From the NCBI GenBank assembly GCA_017961575.1, contig JAGCXA010000053.1:26347-90346 (forward strand): a stretch of 64,000 bases of DNA. Direction: 5' to 3'. The notes under the pieces were generated by a model. That model was not told the DNA's origin and did no database searches. It saw only the letters and a program-made list of their open reading frames with translations. This document shows positions 1-9,380 of this stretch, piece by piece. The stretch's first letter is position 1. The number at the start of each line of letters is the position of its first letter. The translations under genes were made by a program, and so were the position numbers. The DNA is from Clostridia bacterium (GTDB lineage: Bacteria; Bacillota; Clostridia; Oscillospirales; CAG-272).

Positions 1-552
1 GCGTTCTGCGCCGGGATCCCGAACTGCATGGTGATCGACAGCGAGGACGAGAAGACGAAAAAGGCGCTGGTCGACGCCTTTTCGGGCGAACTGATCCGCT
101 TCTATTACGGGCAGGACCTCACGGGCAACGAGATCGGCGCCGCCGCGAAGAACGTGATCGGCATCGCCGCCGGATTCCTCGACGGGCTCGGCACCCCGTC
201 GCTCAAAGGCGCGCTGATGTCGCGCGGGACCTGTGAGATCTCCCGGCTGATCGGGGCGGTCGGCGGCAACCCGCAGTCCGCTTACGGGCTCTGCCATCTC
301 GGCGACTACGAGGCGACGCTCTTCTCGCCGTACAGCCACAACCGCGCCTTCGGGGAAGCGTTCGCCCGGGGTGAAACCTTCGGGGATCTTGCCGAGGGTT
401 ATTACACCGTGCGCGCCCTGACCGCGCTCGCCGACAAAACCGGCGTCGACCTCCCGATCTGCCGCGCCGTCGAAGCGGTCCTCTACCGGGGCGTTCCGCT
501 CCCCGACTGCATCAAACAACTCTTCGACAGAAGTCTCAAAAACGAGTTCTGA
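1..552 (+). CDS. gpsA: NAD(P)H-dependent glycerol-3-phosphate dehydrogenase, 5'-truncated by window edge
   Basis: Frame open from base 1; motifs GxEIGAAAKNVIGIAAG, GLxHLGD, S-x-N and AEG typical of the GpsA C-terminal domain. Confidence 0.85.
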   Translation, partial: AFCAGIPNCMVIDSEDEKTKKALVDAFSGELIRFYYGQDLTGNEIGAAAKNVIGIAAGFLDGLGTPSLKGALMSRGTCEISRLIGAVGGNPQSAYGLCHLGDYEATLFSPYSHNRAFGEAFARGETFGDLAEGYYTVRALTALADKTGVDLPICRAVEAVLYRGVPLPDCIKQLFDRSLKNEF

Positions 553-571
553 ATCTCGGAAAGGCGTCTCG

Positions 572-1999
572 ATGGAACAAAAAACCACGGGCGACGTTCC
601 GTCGCCGACCCCGCGCGCGTCCCGACCCCGCGCCCGCGGACTGGATATGGTATCCGGCCCCCTTTTTCCGGGAGTCTTTGCCTTTGCGCTCCCGGTCATT
701 CTGACCGGGCTTCTCTCGCTCTTCTACAACGCCGCCGACCTGATCGTACTCGGTCGCTTCGCCGAGGACGGCGAACACGCGCTGACCGCCGTCGGATGCA
801 CGGGATCGCTCATCAACCTGCTGATCGGTCTGTTCCTCGGGCTTGCCGTCGGTTCGAGCGTCACGATCGCCATCGCGCTCGGCGCGCGCGACGGGGACGA
901 GGCGGCGCGGCTGACGCACACCGCGATCGCCGTGTCGGCGATCCTCGGGGTCGGGGTGGCGGCGGTCGGGATCGTTTTCGCGCCGACCTTCCTTTCGTGG
1001 ATGAACTGTCCCGCGGAACTGCTCGACGACGCCTCCCTCTATCTCCGCGTCTACTTCCTCGGCGCCCCCGCGAACCTAGTCTACAACTTCGGCGCGGCGA
1101 TCCTGCGCACCTGCGGGGACACCCGCCGCCCGCTCTTCATCCTCGGCGCGGCGGGGCTCGTCAACGTCGGGCTGAACCTGCTGTTCGTCGTCGGCTTCTC
1201 GCTCTCGGTCGTGGGGGTCGCCGTCGCCACGATCACGAGCCAATACCTGTCGGCTGTCGCCGCGCTCTTCTTCCTCTCCCGGCTGAACAATCCCTGCCGC
1301 CTGTCCCTCCGTCGGCTCCGCCTGCATAAGAACCAACTGCTCCGCATCCTGCGCCACGGCGTCCCGGCGGGGATCCAATCGAGTCTCTTTTCCTTCTCGA
1401 ACGTGCTGATCCAATCGACGATCAACAGTTTCGGCTCGGTCGTGATGGCGGGCTCGACGGCGGCGGCAAACCTTGAGGGGTTCGGCTGGACGGCGATCAA
1501 CGCCCCCGACTCGGCGTGTATGGCGTTCGTCGGACAGAACTACGGGGCGAAGAACCTGCGGCGCATCCCGCGCGCGATCCTCGTCTGCCTCCTTTACGTC
1601 GTGATCTTCTGGGTCGCCGTCGACGGCGCGATCCTGCTCTTCCGCGAGCCGCTCGTCGGGCTCTACCTGCCGAACTCGCCCGACTCGGCAAACGAAGCTT
1701 TTTCGCGGATGACGCTGGTCGTCGGCACCTACTTCCTCTGCGGGTTTATGGGCGTGCTGTCCAGCGCGATCCGCGGAATGGGCGCCTCGCTGCTTCCGAC
1801 CCTCGTCTCGATCGGCGGGATCTGCGGCATCCGCGTCGTCTGGATCGCCTTTGTCGTGCCGCACTCGCCCACGCTCCGCACGCTGATGACGTCCTACCCC
1901 GTCTCGTGGGTGGCGACGCTCGTCGTCGACCTCGTGATCCTGATCGTCCTGTTCCGCCGCCGGAAACGCGAGATCGAAGCCGCCTCTCCCCCGGCTTGA
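572..1999 (+). CDS. MATE family efflux transporter
   Basis: About 12 hydrophobic segments; FALP..YNAAD, GDTRRP and VGQNYGA MATE motifs. Confidence 0.92.
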   Translation: MEQKTTGDVPSPTPRASRPRARGLDMVSGPLFPGVFAFALPVILTGLLSLFYNAADLIVLGRFAEDGEHALTAVGCTGSLINLLIGLFLGLAVGSSVTIAIALGARDGDEAARLTHTAIAVSAILGVGVAAVGIVFAPTFLSWMNCPAELLDDASLYLRVYFLGAPANLVYNFGAAILRTCGDTRRPLFILGAAGLVNVGLNLLFVVGFSLSVVGVAVATITSQYLSAVAALFFLSRLNNPCRLSLRRLRLHKNQLLRILRHGVPAGIQSSLFSFSNVLIQSTINSFGSVVMAGSTAAANLEGFGWTAINAPDSACMAFVGQNYGAKNLRRIPRAILVCLLYVVIFWVAVDGAILLFREPLVGLYLPNSPDSANEAFSRMTLVVGTYFLCGFMGVLSSAIRGMGASLLPTLVSIGGICGIRVVWIAFVVPHSPTLRTLMTSYPVSWVATLVVDLVILIVLFRRRKREIEAASPPA

Positions 2000-2020
2000 C
2001 CGACCCGTTCAAAGCGAAAC

Positions 2021-2055
2021 AACGCCCGCCCGCGCATTTTGCGCGGGCGGGCGTT
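2021..2055. terminator. Hairpin between convergent genes (probable bidirectional terminator)
   Basis: aacgcccgcccgcgc-atttt-gcgcgggcgggcgtt, 15-bp perfect stem. Confidence 0.7.
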
Positions 2056-2095
2056 CGTATAGGGGGCGGTTGCGAAAATCGCTTGCGGGGTGCGT

Positions 2096-4855
2096 TCAGG
2101 ACGCCTCTTTCTCTCCGTCTGGTTCCGTCGAGACCGACGGGATCACCGCGACGCGATTCTCTTCGTCCCCGTCGGGCGGCGCTTCGCTCTCCCCGGCGGA
2201 CGGTTCTCCCCCGTTTTCCGGCGGTTCGTCTTCCGGCGCCTTTTCGTTTTCGTCGGCGTCCGCCTCGGACAAAAGCCGCTCCCCGCGCCCCCCGAACAGG
2301 GTCTCTGCCGCCTCGACCGTCGCCGCCATTGCCGTCGCCGCCGCGCCGACGGCGGAAAGGGAAGGGGCGACCTCCCCGACGCTTTCCGGGACGTCCGCCG
2401 CGACCGCGGCGGGCGTTTCGGCGGGGGTCGCGTCCTCCGGTATTTCCCCGTCTTCCGCTGGCAGGATCCGGATCAGCGCGACCGACAGATCGTCGGGGTG
2501 TTCCCGCGTGCGGCTCGCCACGGCGACGATCCGCTGCGCCACGTCCCGCAGATCCCCCTCCCAGTTTTCGGACAGCAGTTCGATCAGCCAGGGCGCGTCC
2601 TCGGGCGTCTGGCTCACGCCGTCCGAGAGCATCACGATCACGTCGCCGGGAGAGGCGTCAAAGCGGATCTTCTCGGCGTCCAGGGTCGCCATCATCCCGA
2701 CCGGCACCGTCCTCGACCGGATGCGGAACAGACTGCCGCCCCGCTTGACGTAAGAGGGCGCCGCGCCGCTCTTGATGAAGGTCGCGCACCCCGTCAGAAG
2801 GTCGAATTCGAGCAGATCGACCGTCGCGGCGTTCTCCTCCCCGCAGTTGCGGAGCAGGTTGTTCAGCAGTTTCAGCGTCGTGGTCTTGGAATTCCCGGCG
2901 CCGAGCATCTTTTCGAGAAACAGCGTCGCGACCCCCGACGTCAGCGCCGCCGTCGGTCCGCACCCCATCCCGTCGGAAAGGAGCGCATAGAAGTAGTCCC
3001 GTCCGTTCTCGAAGAAGCCGACGGTGTCCCCCGAACTCCCGCCCGGATCGGCGGAGCGGTAGGCGCGGGCGGTCTCGCATTTGAACCTGCGCGCCGTCTG
3101 CATCTGCAAGGTGACGGTCCCGCCCTTGATCTCGTAGGCGGGCTTGGTCAGTTTCACCCCGACGGTTTCCTCAAAGGCGGCGCGGATCCCGTCCGCCGAC
3201 GCCGACGCGCCCTCCCATCCGACGCCGCCCGCTACGATCCAGCGTCGCCGTTCGCCGAGCGCCGCGACGCTCCCGCTCGTGATCCCGAGTTCGAGCAGGC
3301 GGCGCCGGAGTTCCAGCCCGAGTTTCACGTCCTCGCGGTTTTCCGCCCGGTCGGCTTCCGCCGCCTCGGAGAGCAGTTTCGCGACGAGTTCGTAATCAAG
3401 CCCGATCCCGCCCCCGAGTCGCCCGACGCGGGAGGAACGGAGCAGGGCGGCGCCCGCCTCCCGGATGTCCGACAGGATCGCGTCGAGACATTCGCATTCG
3501 CGGATCTTTCCCTCGGGCAGATCGTCAACCGAGGCGGGACGCTCGGTATAGAGCCGTTCCGAGAGGACGCGGACGGCTTCGTACGCCGAACGGTCGCCCT
3601 TTTCCCAGCACTCGGCGCGCCGGGCGCACCCGGAACAGTATTTACTGCACGCGGCGTCGCACGCCGACAGGTATTCCGCGCGGTCGGGACGCGCCGACCC
3701 GTCTGACAAGGTGTGAAAAACGCGCGAAAGCGACGAGAAAGCGTCCGAGAGTTCGGCGATCCGATCTTCCAACGCCGCGCCGTGTTCTTCGGTCAGGCGG
3801 CGCACCGCCTCACGCCCGATCCGGTCGTCCTCCTCGGCGCGGAGCGCGCGTCCCTCGGACAGAACGCGCGGGATCAGGGGAAGCCCGATCAGCGCCGCGA
3901 CCGTCAGTTCGGGCGCGGTGGAAAGGAAGCCCGAAAGCCCCCCGACGTAGGAACACCAGACCGACGCGGCGGCGACCCCGAGCCCGACGGCGTAGACCGC
4001 GCCGACCTCCCACAGGATCCCGGAAAACAGTCCGAAGAGCGCGAACGCCGGGGAAAAGGTCGGACCGATCCCGAGCGTAACGAGCAGCCCCGCCGCGCAG
4101 CCGCGCAGCGCGCCGTACCGACGCGAAACGAAGAGGGTGAACAGCCCCGCGGCGACCCCCGCAAGCGAGAGCCCGAAGAGCGCGTAGGACGAGAGCGCCC
4201 GCACGAAGAAAAACAGGATCGAGAGCCCGCCGATCTGCCAGAAGAAGGTCGCCGTCCGTGTTCTCGCGGGGCGTTCCCCCCGTCCGGTGAGTTCGCCGAG
4301 CGTGACCCCGCCGTCAAAGAACGCCGAAAAGAGCAGGCAGAGCGTCGTGCAGCCGAGGATCATCGTCAAAGAGAACAAAAGCGCCTCGGTCGACAGCCCG
4401 ATCGCAATCAACTGATAGCCCGAAGACACGAACCCGACGACGCAGGCGAGCGCCGCCCGGATCTGCGACGGCTCGCGGAACAGCCCCGGTGAATCGGGCA
4501 GATGGCGCCGCCCTTTGCCCGGAACGCTGACGAGCATCCGCACCCCCGAAACGAGGAGAAAAAGCGACCCGTACACGATCCCCGTCCGTCCGAGCGGAAT
4601 ACAGCCGAGAAGCGACCCGAAAAGCCCCGCGACAGCCGCCGGACCGGGCAGCGCCGTCAGCCACGCGACCCCGACGGGGCGCGCGGAGAAGAAGGAATCC
4701 GCCCCCGTGAACAGGTATCCGAGAAGCCCCGCCGCCAGCCAGACCGAAAGCGCGACCGCGGGGCTTGTCCCGGCGCCCGCCAGCGCGCGGACGATCCGCC
4801 CCGCGCGCCTTTGTACCGAGCGCTCCTGCGTATGTAATTCGTTTGTCTTGTCCAT
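2096..4855 (-). CDS. spoIIE: Stage II sporulation protein E (membrane-anchored PP2C phosphatase)
   Basis: N-terminal multi-TM region, Cys-rich linker (CxxC..CW), PP2C motifs SGD, LSDGMG, ATVDL, MLSDG, DDLSV; acidic C-terminal tail. Confidence 0.88.
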   Translation of the reverse strand: MDKTNELHTQERSVQRRAGRIVRALAGAGTSPAVALSVWLAAGLLGYLFTGADSFFSARPVGVAWLTALPGPAAVAGLFGSLLGCIPLGRTGIVYGSLFLLVSGVRMLVSVPGKGRRHLPDSPGLFREPSQIRAALACVVGFVSSGYQLIAIGLSTEALLFSLTMILGCTTLCLLFSAFFDGGVTLGELTGRGERPARTRTATFFWQIGGLSILFFFVRALSSYALFGLSLAGVAAGLFTLFVSRRYGALRGCAAGLLVTLGIGPTFSPAFALFGLFSGILWEVGAVYAVGLGVAAASVWCSYVGGLSGFLSTAPELTVAALIGLPLIPRVLSEGRALRAEEDDRIGREAVRRLTEEHGAALEDRIAELSDAFSSLSRVFHTLSDGSARPDRAEYLSACDAACSKYCSGCARRAECWEKGDRSAYEAVRVLSERLYTERPASVDDLPEGKIRECECLDAILSDIREAGAALLRSSRVGRLGGGIGLDYELVAKLLSEAAEADRAENREDVKLGLELRRRLLELGITSGSVAALGERRRWIVAGGVGWEGASASADGIRAAFEETVGVKLTKPAYEIKGGTVTLQMQTARRFKCETARAYRSADPGGSSGDTVGFFENGRDYFYALLSDGMGCGPTAALTSGVATLFLEKMLGAGNSKTTTLKLLNNLLRNCGEENAATVDLLEFDLLTGCATFIKSGAAPSYVKRGGSLFRIRSRTVPVGMMATLDAEKIRFDASPGDVIVMLSDGVSQTPEDAPWLIELLSENWEGDLRDVAQRIVAVASRTREHPDDLSVALIRILPAEDGEIPEDATPAETPAAVAADVPESVGEVAPSLSAVGAAATAMAATVEAAETLFGGRGERLLSEADADENEKAPEDEPPENGGEPSAGESEAPPDGDEENRVAVIPSVSTEPDGEKEAS

Positions 4856-5096
4856 TCTTTTTCCCGTCCTTTCGCCCCGGTTTTTCCCGGGTTCTGCGCC
4901 ATTATAGCACCCGCCGTCGGTCGGTTTCTGCCGTACCGGGGCAGGGGAACGGACGGTTTTTTGCGGGGGTTTCCCCGAAAAAGAGAAAAAGACCGCCCGT
5001 CGGACGGTCTCGTTCGGCGCATTTTGCCCCTTCGGGTCGAACCCGCTTCCTTTTTGCGACGAAAACCCGCCGATCGGTTTTTCGCCTTCTCGACAA

Positions 5097-5132
5097 AGAA
5101 CGAAAAGAACGCCGGATCGCTCCGGCGTTCTT
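5097..5132 (-). terminator. Intrinsic terminator of thrS
   Basis: aagaacgccgga-tcgc-tccggcgttctt stem followed by a T-rich tract on the minus strand. Confidence 0.65.
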
Positions 5133-5156
5133 CGTTTGCTGCGCTTCCGCGCGTTT

Positions 5157-6923
5157 TTACATCTTGCGGGCGGCGATCTCGTCCTTGATCTTCGCGACGA
5201 ACTCGTCGAGCGTCATCGTCACGGTCTCGCCGGTGTCGCGGCTGCGGATCGAAACGGTGCCCTCCTCGGCTTCCTTCTGCCCGACGATCACCATATACGG
5301 CACGCGGTCGACGACCTGCGCTTCGCGGATCATATAGCCGATCTTCTCGTTCCGCTCGTCGATCTCGACGCGGACCTTCGCCGCGCGGAGCGCCTCGTAG
5401 ACTTTGCGCCCGTATTCCGCGCACTTCTCGGAGACCAAAAGGACCTTCGCCTGCGTCGGCGCGAGCCAGACGGGGAACTTCCCGGCGAAATGCTCGGTCA
5501 GGATCCCGATGAAGCGCTCGATCGAGCCGTACACCACGCGGTGGATCATGATCGGGCGCTGCTTTTCGCCCTTCTCGTCGACGTATTCGAGTTCGAAGTT
5601 CAGCGGCATCTGGAAGTCGAGTTGGATCGTTCCGCATTGCCAGGTGCGTCCGAGCGAGTCTTCGAGGTGGAAGTCGATCTTCGGTCCGTAGAAGGCGCCG
5701 TCGCCCTCGTTGACGACATAGGGAAGTCCGAGCGATTCGAGCGCGTTCTTCAACCCGTCGGTCGCCGCCTCCCAGTCCTCGTCGGAACCCATGCTGTTCT
5801 CGGGGCGGGTCGAGAGTTCGATGAAGTATTTGAAACCGAACTTGGTATAGACCTCGTTGATGAGATGCACGACGCCGACGATCTCGTCCCGGATCTGCTC
5901 GCGGCGGATATAGATGTGCGCGTCGTCCTGCGTGAAGCACCGGACGCGGAAGAGCCCGTGGAGCGCCCCGCGCAGCTCGTGCCGATGCACGATCCCCGGT
6001 TCGGCGAGCCGGAGCGGGAGATCCCGGTAACTGTGCGGCTGGCTCCGGTAGACCAGAACGCTGCCCGGGCAGTTCATCGGTTTCACGCAGAAGGTCTCGT
6101 CGTCGATCGTCGTCGAGTACATATTGTCTTTATAATGATCCCAATGCCCGCTCGTCTCCCAGAGCGTCCGGCTCATGATGAGCGGGGTCTGGATCTCGAC
6201 GTAGTTCTCGCGGACGTGCAGTTCGCGCCAGTATTCCATCAGCGCGTTTTTGAGCAGCACGCCCTTCGGGAGGAAGAACGGGAAGCCCGGCGCCTCGTCG
6301 CAGAGCATGAACAGCCCCATTTCGCGCCCGATCCGGCGATGGTCGCGCCGCTCGGCTTCTTCGAGCAGTTTGAGGTAGGCGTCCAGTTCCTCCTGCGTTT
6401 TGAACGCCGTCCCGTTGATCCGGGTCAGCATCTTGTTGTCCTTGTCGTTCTTCCAGTACGCGCCCGACTGCCCCATGATCTTGAACGCTTTGAGCGCCTT
6501 GGTATAGGTCAGGTGGGGACCGACGCACATGTCGACGTAGTCGCCCTGCTGGAAGAAACTGATCTCGGCGTCGGGGGCAAGGTCGCCTATGTGCTCGACC
6601 TTGTAGATCTCTCCCCGGTCGCGCATGAGAGAAATCGCCTCGTCGCGCGGAAGGATATAGGATTTCAGAGGAAGATTCTCTTTCGTGATCTTCTTCATCT
6701 CGCTCTCGATCTTCGCGAGATCTTCGTCGGTCAGCTTGACGTCTCCGAGATCGACGTCGTAGTAGAAGCCCTTTTCGGTCGCGGGGCCGTAGGCGAACTT
6801 CGCCTCGGGCCAGAGCCGCTTGATCGCCTGCGCCATAACGTGCGCGGCGGTATGCCTGAGGATATGCAGTTCCTCCTCGGGCGCGCACTCGCCGACGCTT
6901 CCGTTGCTGTAAATGACTTTCAT
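5157..6923 (-). CDS. thrS: Threonine--tRNA ligase
   Basis: RHTAAH, DMCVGPH, RDHRRIG, WETSGHW, KPMNCP, GAFYGPKID, QCGTIQLD motifs; AAGGAG RBS before ATG at 6923. Confidence 0.97.
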   Translation of the reverse strand: MKVIYSNGSVGECAPEEELHILRHTAAHVMAQAIKRLWPEAKFAYGPATEKGFYYDVDLGDVKLTDEDLAKIESEMKKITKENLPLKSYILPRDEAISLMRDRGEIYKVEHIGDLAPDAEISFFQQGDYVDMCVGPHLTYTKALKAFKIMGQSGAYWKNDKDNKMLTRINGTAFKTQEELDAYLKLLEEAERRDHRRIGREMGLFMLCDEAPGFPFFLPKGVLLKNALMEYWRELHVRENYVEIQTPLIMSRTLWETSGHWDHYKDNMYSTTIDDETFCVKPMNCPGSVLVYRSQPHSYRDLPLRLAEPGIVHRHELRGALHGLFRVRCFTQDDAHIYIRREQIRDEIVGVVHLINEVYTKFGFKYFIELSTRPENSMGSDEDWEAATDGLKNALESLGLPYVVNEGDGAFYGPKIDFHLEDSLGRTWQCGTIQLDFQMPLNFELEYVDEKGEKQRPIMIHRVVYGSIERFIGILTEHFAGKFPVWLAPTQAKVLLVSEKCAEYGRKVYEALRAAKVRVEIDERNEKIGYMIREAQVVDRVPYMVIVGQKEAEEGTVSIRSRDTGETVTMTLDEFVAKIKDEIAARKM

Positions 6924-6974
6924 GTTCGTTCTCCTTTTCGGATTTTTACGGTTTTGGGTCAGGGGTTTTTCCCC

Positions 6975-7222
6975 ATTGAAAACAAAAACCCCTCGGAATC
7001 GGATCTCTCCGTCCAAGGGTGCCTATCGCACGGTTCCACCTTGTCTTTTCACTCTCGCTCGTTCTGTAACGGGAACGCCCGGCGATCCTTACACCCGCCG
7101 ACGCGGTTTCGGGACGCGGCTCGGGAGCGGTTTTCGCCGTCTTGCCCGCGTCGGATCCTTTCAGCCGGGGGATCCTTCTCTTTCCGGGGCGGGGACGGTT
7201 ACTCTTCTCCGTCTTTGCCTTT
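6975..7222 (-). ncRNA. T-box riboswitch leader of thrS
   Basis: Minus strand AAGGTGGAACCGTG T-box (about 7029-7042); stem I with AGAGA and GCTGAA motifs; likely specifier GAAA-ACC (Thr codon, 7129-7131); terminator hairpin plus T-tract before the RBS. Confidence 0.9.
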
Positions 7223-7231
7223 GACAGGATG

Positions 7232-7260
7232 ATTATAGCACGCGAAAACCCGAAAGTCAA
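7232..7260 (-). promoter_or_regulatory. SigA promoter of T-box/thrS
   Basis: TTGACT-17bp-TATAAT with extended TG. Confidence 0.85.
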
Positions 7261-7297
7261 GCGGTTTTTCGTTTTTCTTGCACGCGCGGTTTTTCCC

Positions 7298-7327
7298 GTA
7301 TCGTTTCGCCCCGGACGGGGAACGCTA
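7298..7327 (+). promoter_or_regulatory. Possible forespore (SigF/SigG-type) promoter
   Basis: GTATC-15bp-GGGAACGCTA resembles SigF consensus GYATA-15-GGnnAnAHTR, upstream of a spore gene. Confidence 0.35.
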
Positions 7328-7354
7328 CCCGAAAAGTTCGTTTTGGAGGACGGG

Positions 7355-8809
7355 ATGGAACGGCTGACCGAAGATTACCGCGAGAACGTGCGCGCGATCT
7401 CGCGTCTGCTCGCGACGGACGAGAGTTTCGACCTGATCGAGCGGCGGCTTCCCGTGGGGCGGGACGAGTTGACGCTTTTCTATATCGACGGGTTCGCAAA
7501 GGACGGCGCGTTACAAAAGCTGATGCAGTTCTGCGTCGGACTGCCGGGCACGGGTTCCGGGCGCGACGCGGCGCGGCGCTTCTCCGAGGCGGGGATCCCC
7601 TACGGCAACGTCGAGGTCACAGGCGACGCCGGGCGGATGGTCACGGCGGCGCTCTCGGGCGTCACGCTGATCCTCGGAAGTACGTTCGGGGACGAGGCGA
7701 TCCTCGTCGACGCGCGCGCCTATCCCGCCCGCTCGACCGACGAGCCGCAGAGCGACCGCGTGATGCAGGGCGCGCGGGACGGATTCGTCGAGACGCTGCT
7801 CTTCAACGTCGCCCTGATCCGGCGTCGGATCCGCGACCCCGACCTGCGGGTGAAGCCCCTGAATCTCGGCGGGCGCGCCCGGACCGACTGCGCGATCCTC
7901 TATATCGAGGGGCGCGCCGACCCCGCTTTCCTCGCCCGACTGACGAAGCGGCTTTCCGCCCTCCGTCCCGACTCGCTGACGCTCGGCTACGAGAGTTTGG
8001 CGGAACTGCTCATCCCGCGCCGATGGTTCAATCCGTTCCCGAAGATCCGGACGACCGAGCGCCCCGACTGCGCCGCCGCGCACCTTTGCGAGGGGAGCGT
8101 GATCCTGCTCTGCGATACCTCGCCGCAGGCGATGATCCTGCCGACCGGGATCTTCGATTTCCTCCAAGAATCGCAGGACTTCTATCTCCCGCCCCTGACC
8201 GGGTCGTACCTCCGGTTGGTGCGGCTTCTGACCTTTCTCGTCTCGCTCGTTCTGACGCCGCTCTGGTACCTGTGCGTCCGCTGTCCGTGGCTGCTTCCGG
8301 ATTCGCTTTCGTTTCTCGTCCCGGAGGAAGCGGGGCATTTCCCGATCCTGCTCCAACTCTTCCTCGTGGAGTTCGCCGTGGACGGGTTGAAACTCGCGAG
8401 TATGAATACGCCCGACCTGCTCGCCAACTCGATGAGCGTCATCGGCGGGCTGGTGCTCGGAGACCTCGCCGTCAAGGTCGGCTGGCTCTCGGGCGAGGTG
8501 ATCTTCTATATGGCGATCGTCGCCGTCGCCGGTTTCACCCAGCAGAATCACGAGCTCGGTTACGCGATGAAGTTCCTCCGGCTCGCCGTGATGACCCTGA
8601 CCGCCCTCTTTTCGTGGGTGGGGTTTCTTTTCGGGCTCGCCCTGATCCCCGTCCTGCTCGTCACCAACGCCGCGGTGGACGGGCGGCGCAGTTATCTCTA
8701 TCCCTTGATCCCCTTCAACGGACGCGCCCTCCTATCGCTCTTCTTCCGCCTCCCGAAATCCAAAATGCCGACCGCCCGCGCCCGCCGTCCCCGCGGCAAA
8801 GAAAGGTAA
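7355..8809 (+). CDS. Spore germination protein, GerA/SpoVAF family
   Basis: FYIDGF, GARDGFVETL..NVALIRRRIRD and TERPD motifs, C-terminal TM helices; GGAGG RBS before ATG 7355. Confidence 0.9.
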   Translation: MERLTEDYRENVRAISRLLATDESFDLIERRLPVGRDELTLFYIDGFAKDGALQKLMQFCVGLPGTGSGRDAARRFSEAGIPYGNVEVTGDAGRMVTAALSGVTLILGSTFGDEAILVDARAYPARSTDEPQSDRVMQGARDGFVETLLFNVALIRRRIRDPDLRVKPLNLGGRARTDCAILYIEGRADPAFLARLTKRLSALRPDSLTLGYESLAELLIPRRWFNPFPKIRTTERPDCAAAHLCEGSVILLCDTSPQAMILPTGIFDFLQESQDFYLPPLTGSYLRLVRLLTFLVSLVLTPLWYLCVRCPWLLPDSLSFLVPEEAGHFPILLQLFLVEFAVDGLKLASMNTPDLLANSMSVIGGLVLGDLAVKVGWLSGEVIFYMAIVAVAGFTQQNHELGYAMKFLRLAVMTLTALFSWVGFLFGLALIPVLLVTNAAVDGRRSYLYPLIPFNGRALLSLFFRLPKSKMPTARARRPRGKER

Positions 8810-8864
8810 CTCCCCGCCGCGAGAGAAAAGAGTACGCGCGAGCGTTGACGAGAAAAGGGGTACG

Positions 8865-9335
8865 TCCACTTTCTTGTAAGAAAGTGGAGCAAAGAACTTC
8901 AATAAAGGATTATTGAAGAGCAAAGCGGCGCGCCCCAATGGACTCGCGCCGTTTTGCGGTTTCAAAAACACAGCCGCAGTTGTTTGTCCTCCTCTTGCGA
9001 ATACAAACCGCCGCGCGGCGGGCTTCCGCTTTGTTCTGCTTATGTAAATAATTCTTTACATTTATACCAACGTTCGCCTCGTTCGCGCGCAGCAACGACC
9101 GGAAACATCCAAAAACCTAACCGCGCCAGCAGATGCCGCCTGACAGGCACAGGCAGATGCAGAATTCGCGCTTGCGATCCGAAGGCGTATTGGCATACGC
9201 CGAGAGGTCGCAAACGCGGATAGGAAACGAATTTGAATAAAAAGGAGAAACCCGCTCGCGTTTTGCGAGCGGGTTTCAACCTTAGCTGCGTTTAACAATG
9301 CGAAAAGATTTCACAGAGCGAAGTGCTTTAACAGA
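8865..9335 (+). repeat. Structured mosaic intergenic repeat, long copy 1 (modules A-C-D)
   Basis: Collinear similarity to the reverse complement of 55995-56460; several hairpins with compensatory changes. Confidence 0.8.
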
Positions 9336-9380
9336 TCTTATAGATTCCGTTCGTTTCCGGTCTGCGCTGAAATGTGCCTG

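Noticed and set aside
4870-5096. Spo0A boxes upstream of spoIIE
   Set aside because: An extended -10 (TGcTATAAT) is visible, but only imperfect TGNCGAA matches, too weak to call.
6800-6923. ThrRS lacking the N-terminal TGS domain
   Set aside because: A known natural variant in many bacteria; the editing and catalytic motifs are intact.
7142-7354. N-terminal extensions given by the ORF track for the GerA-family gene (likewise thrS, dnaN, rny, hrcA, feoB, nrnA)
   Set aside because: They overlap promoters or leaders; downstream ATGs have proper RBS and match family N-termini.
8810-9380. tRNA, tmRNA, RNase P or 6S RNA in this or the other long intergenic regions
   Set aside because: No recognisable signature (T-loop GTTCGA with cloverleaf, tmRNA ends, RNase P P4 motif); multi-copy mosaic nature fits repeats better.
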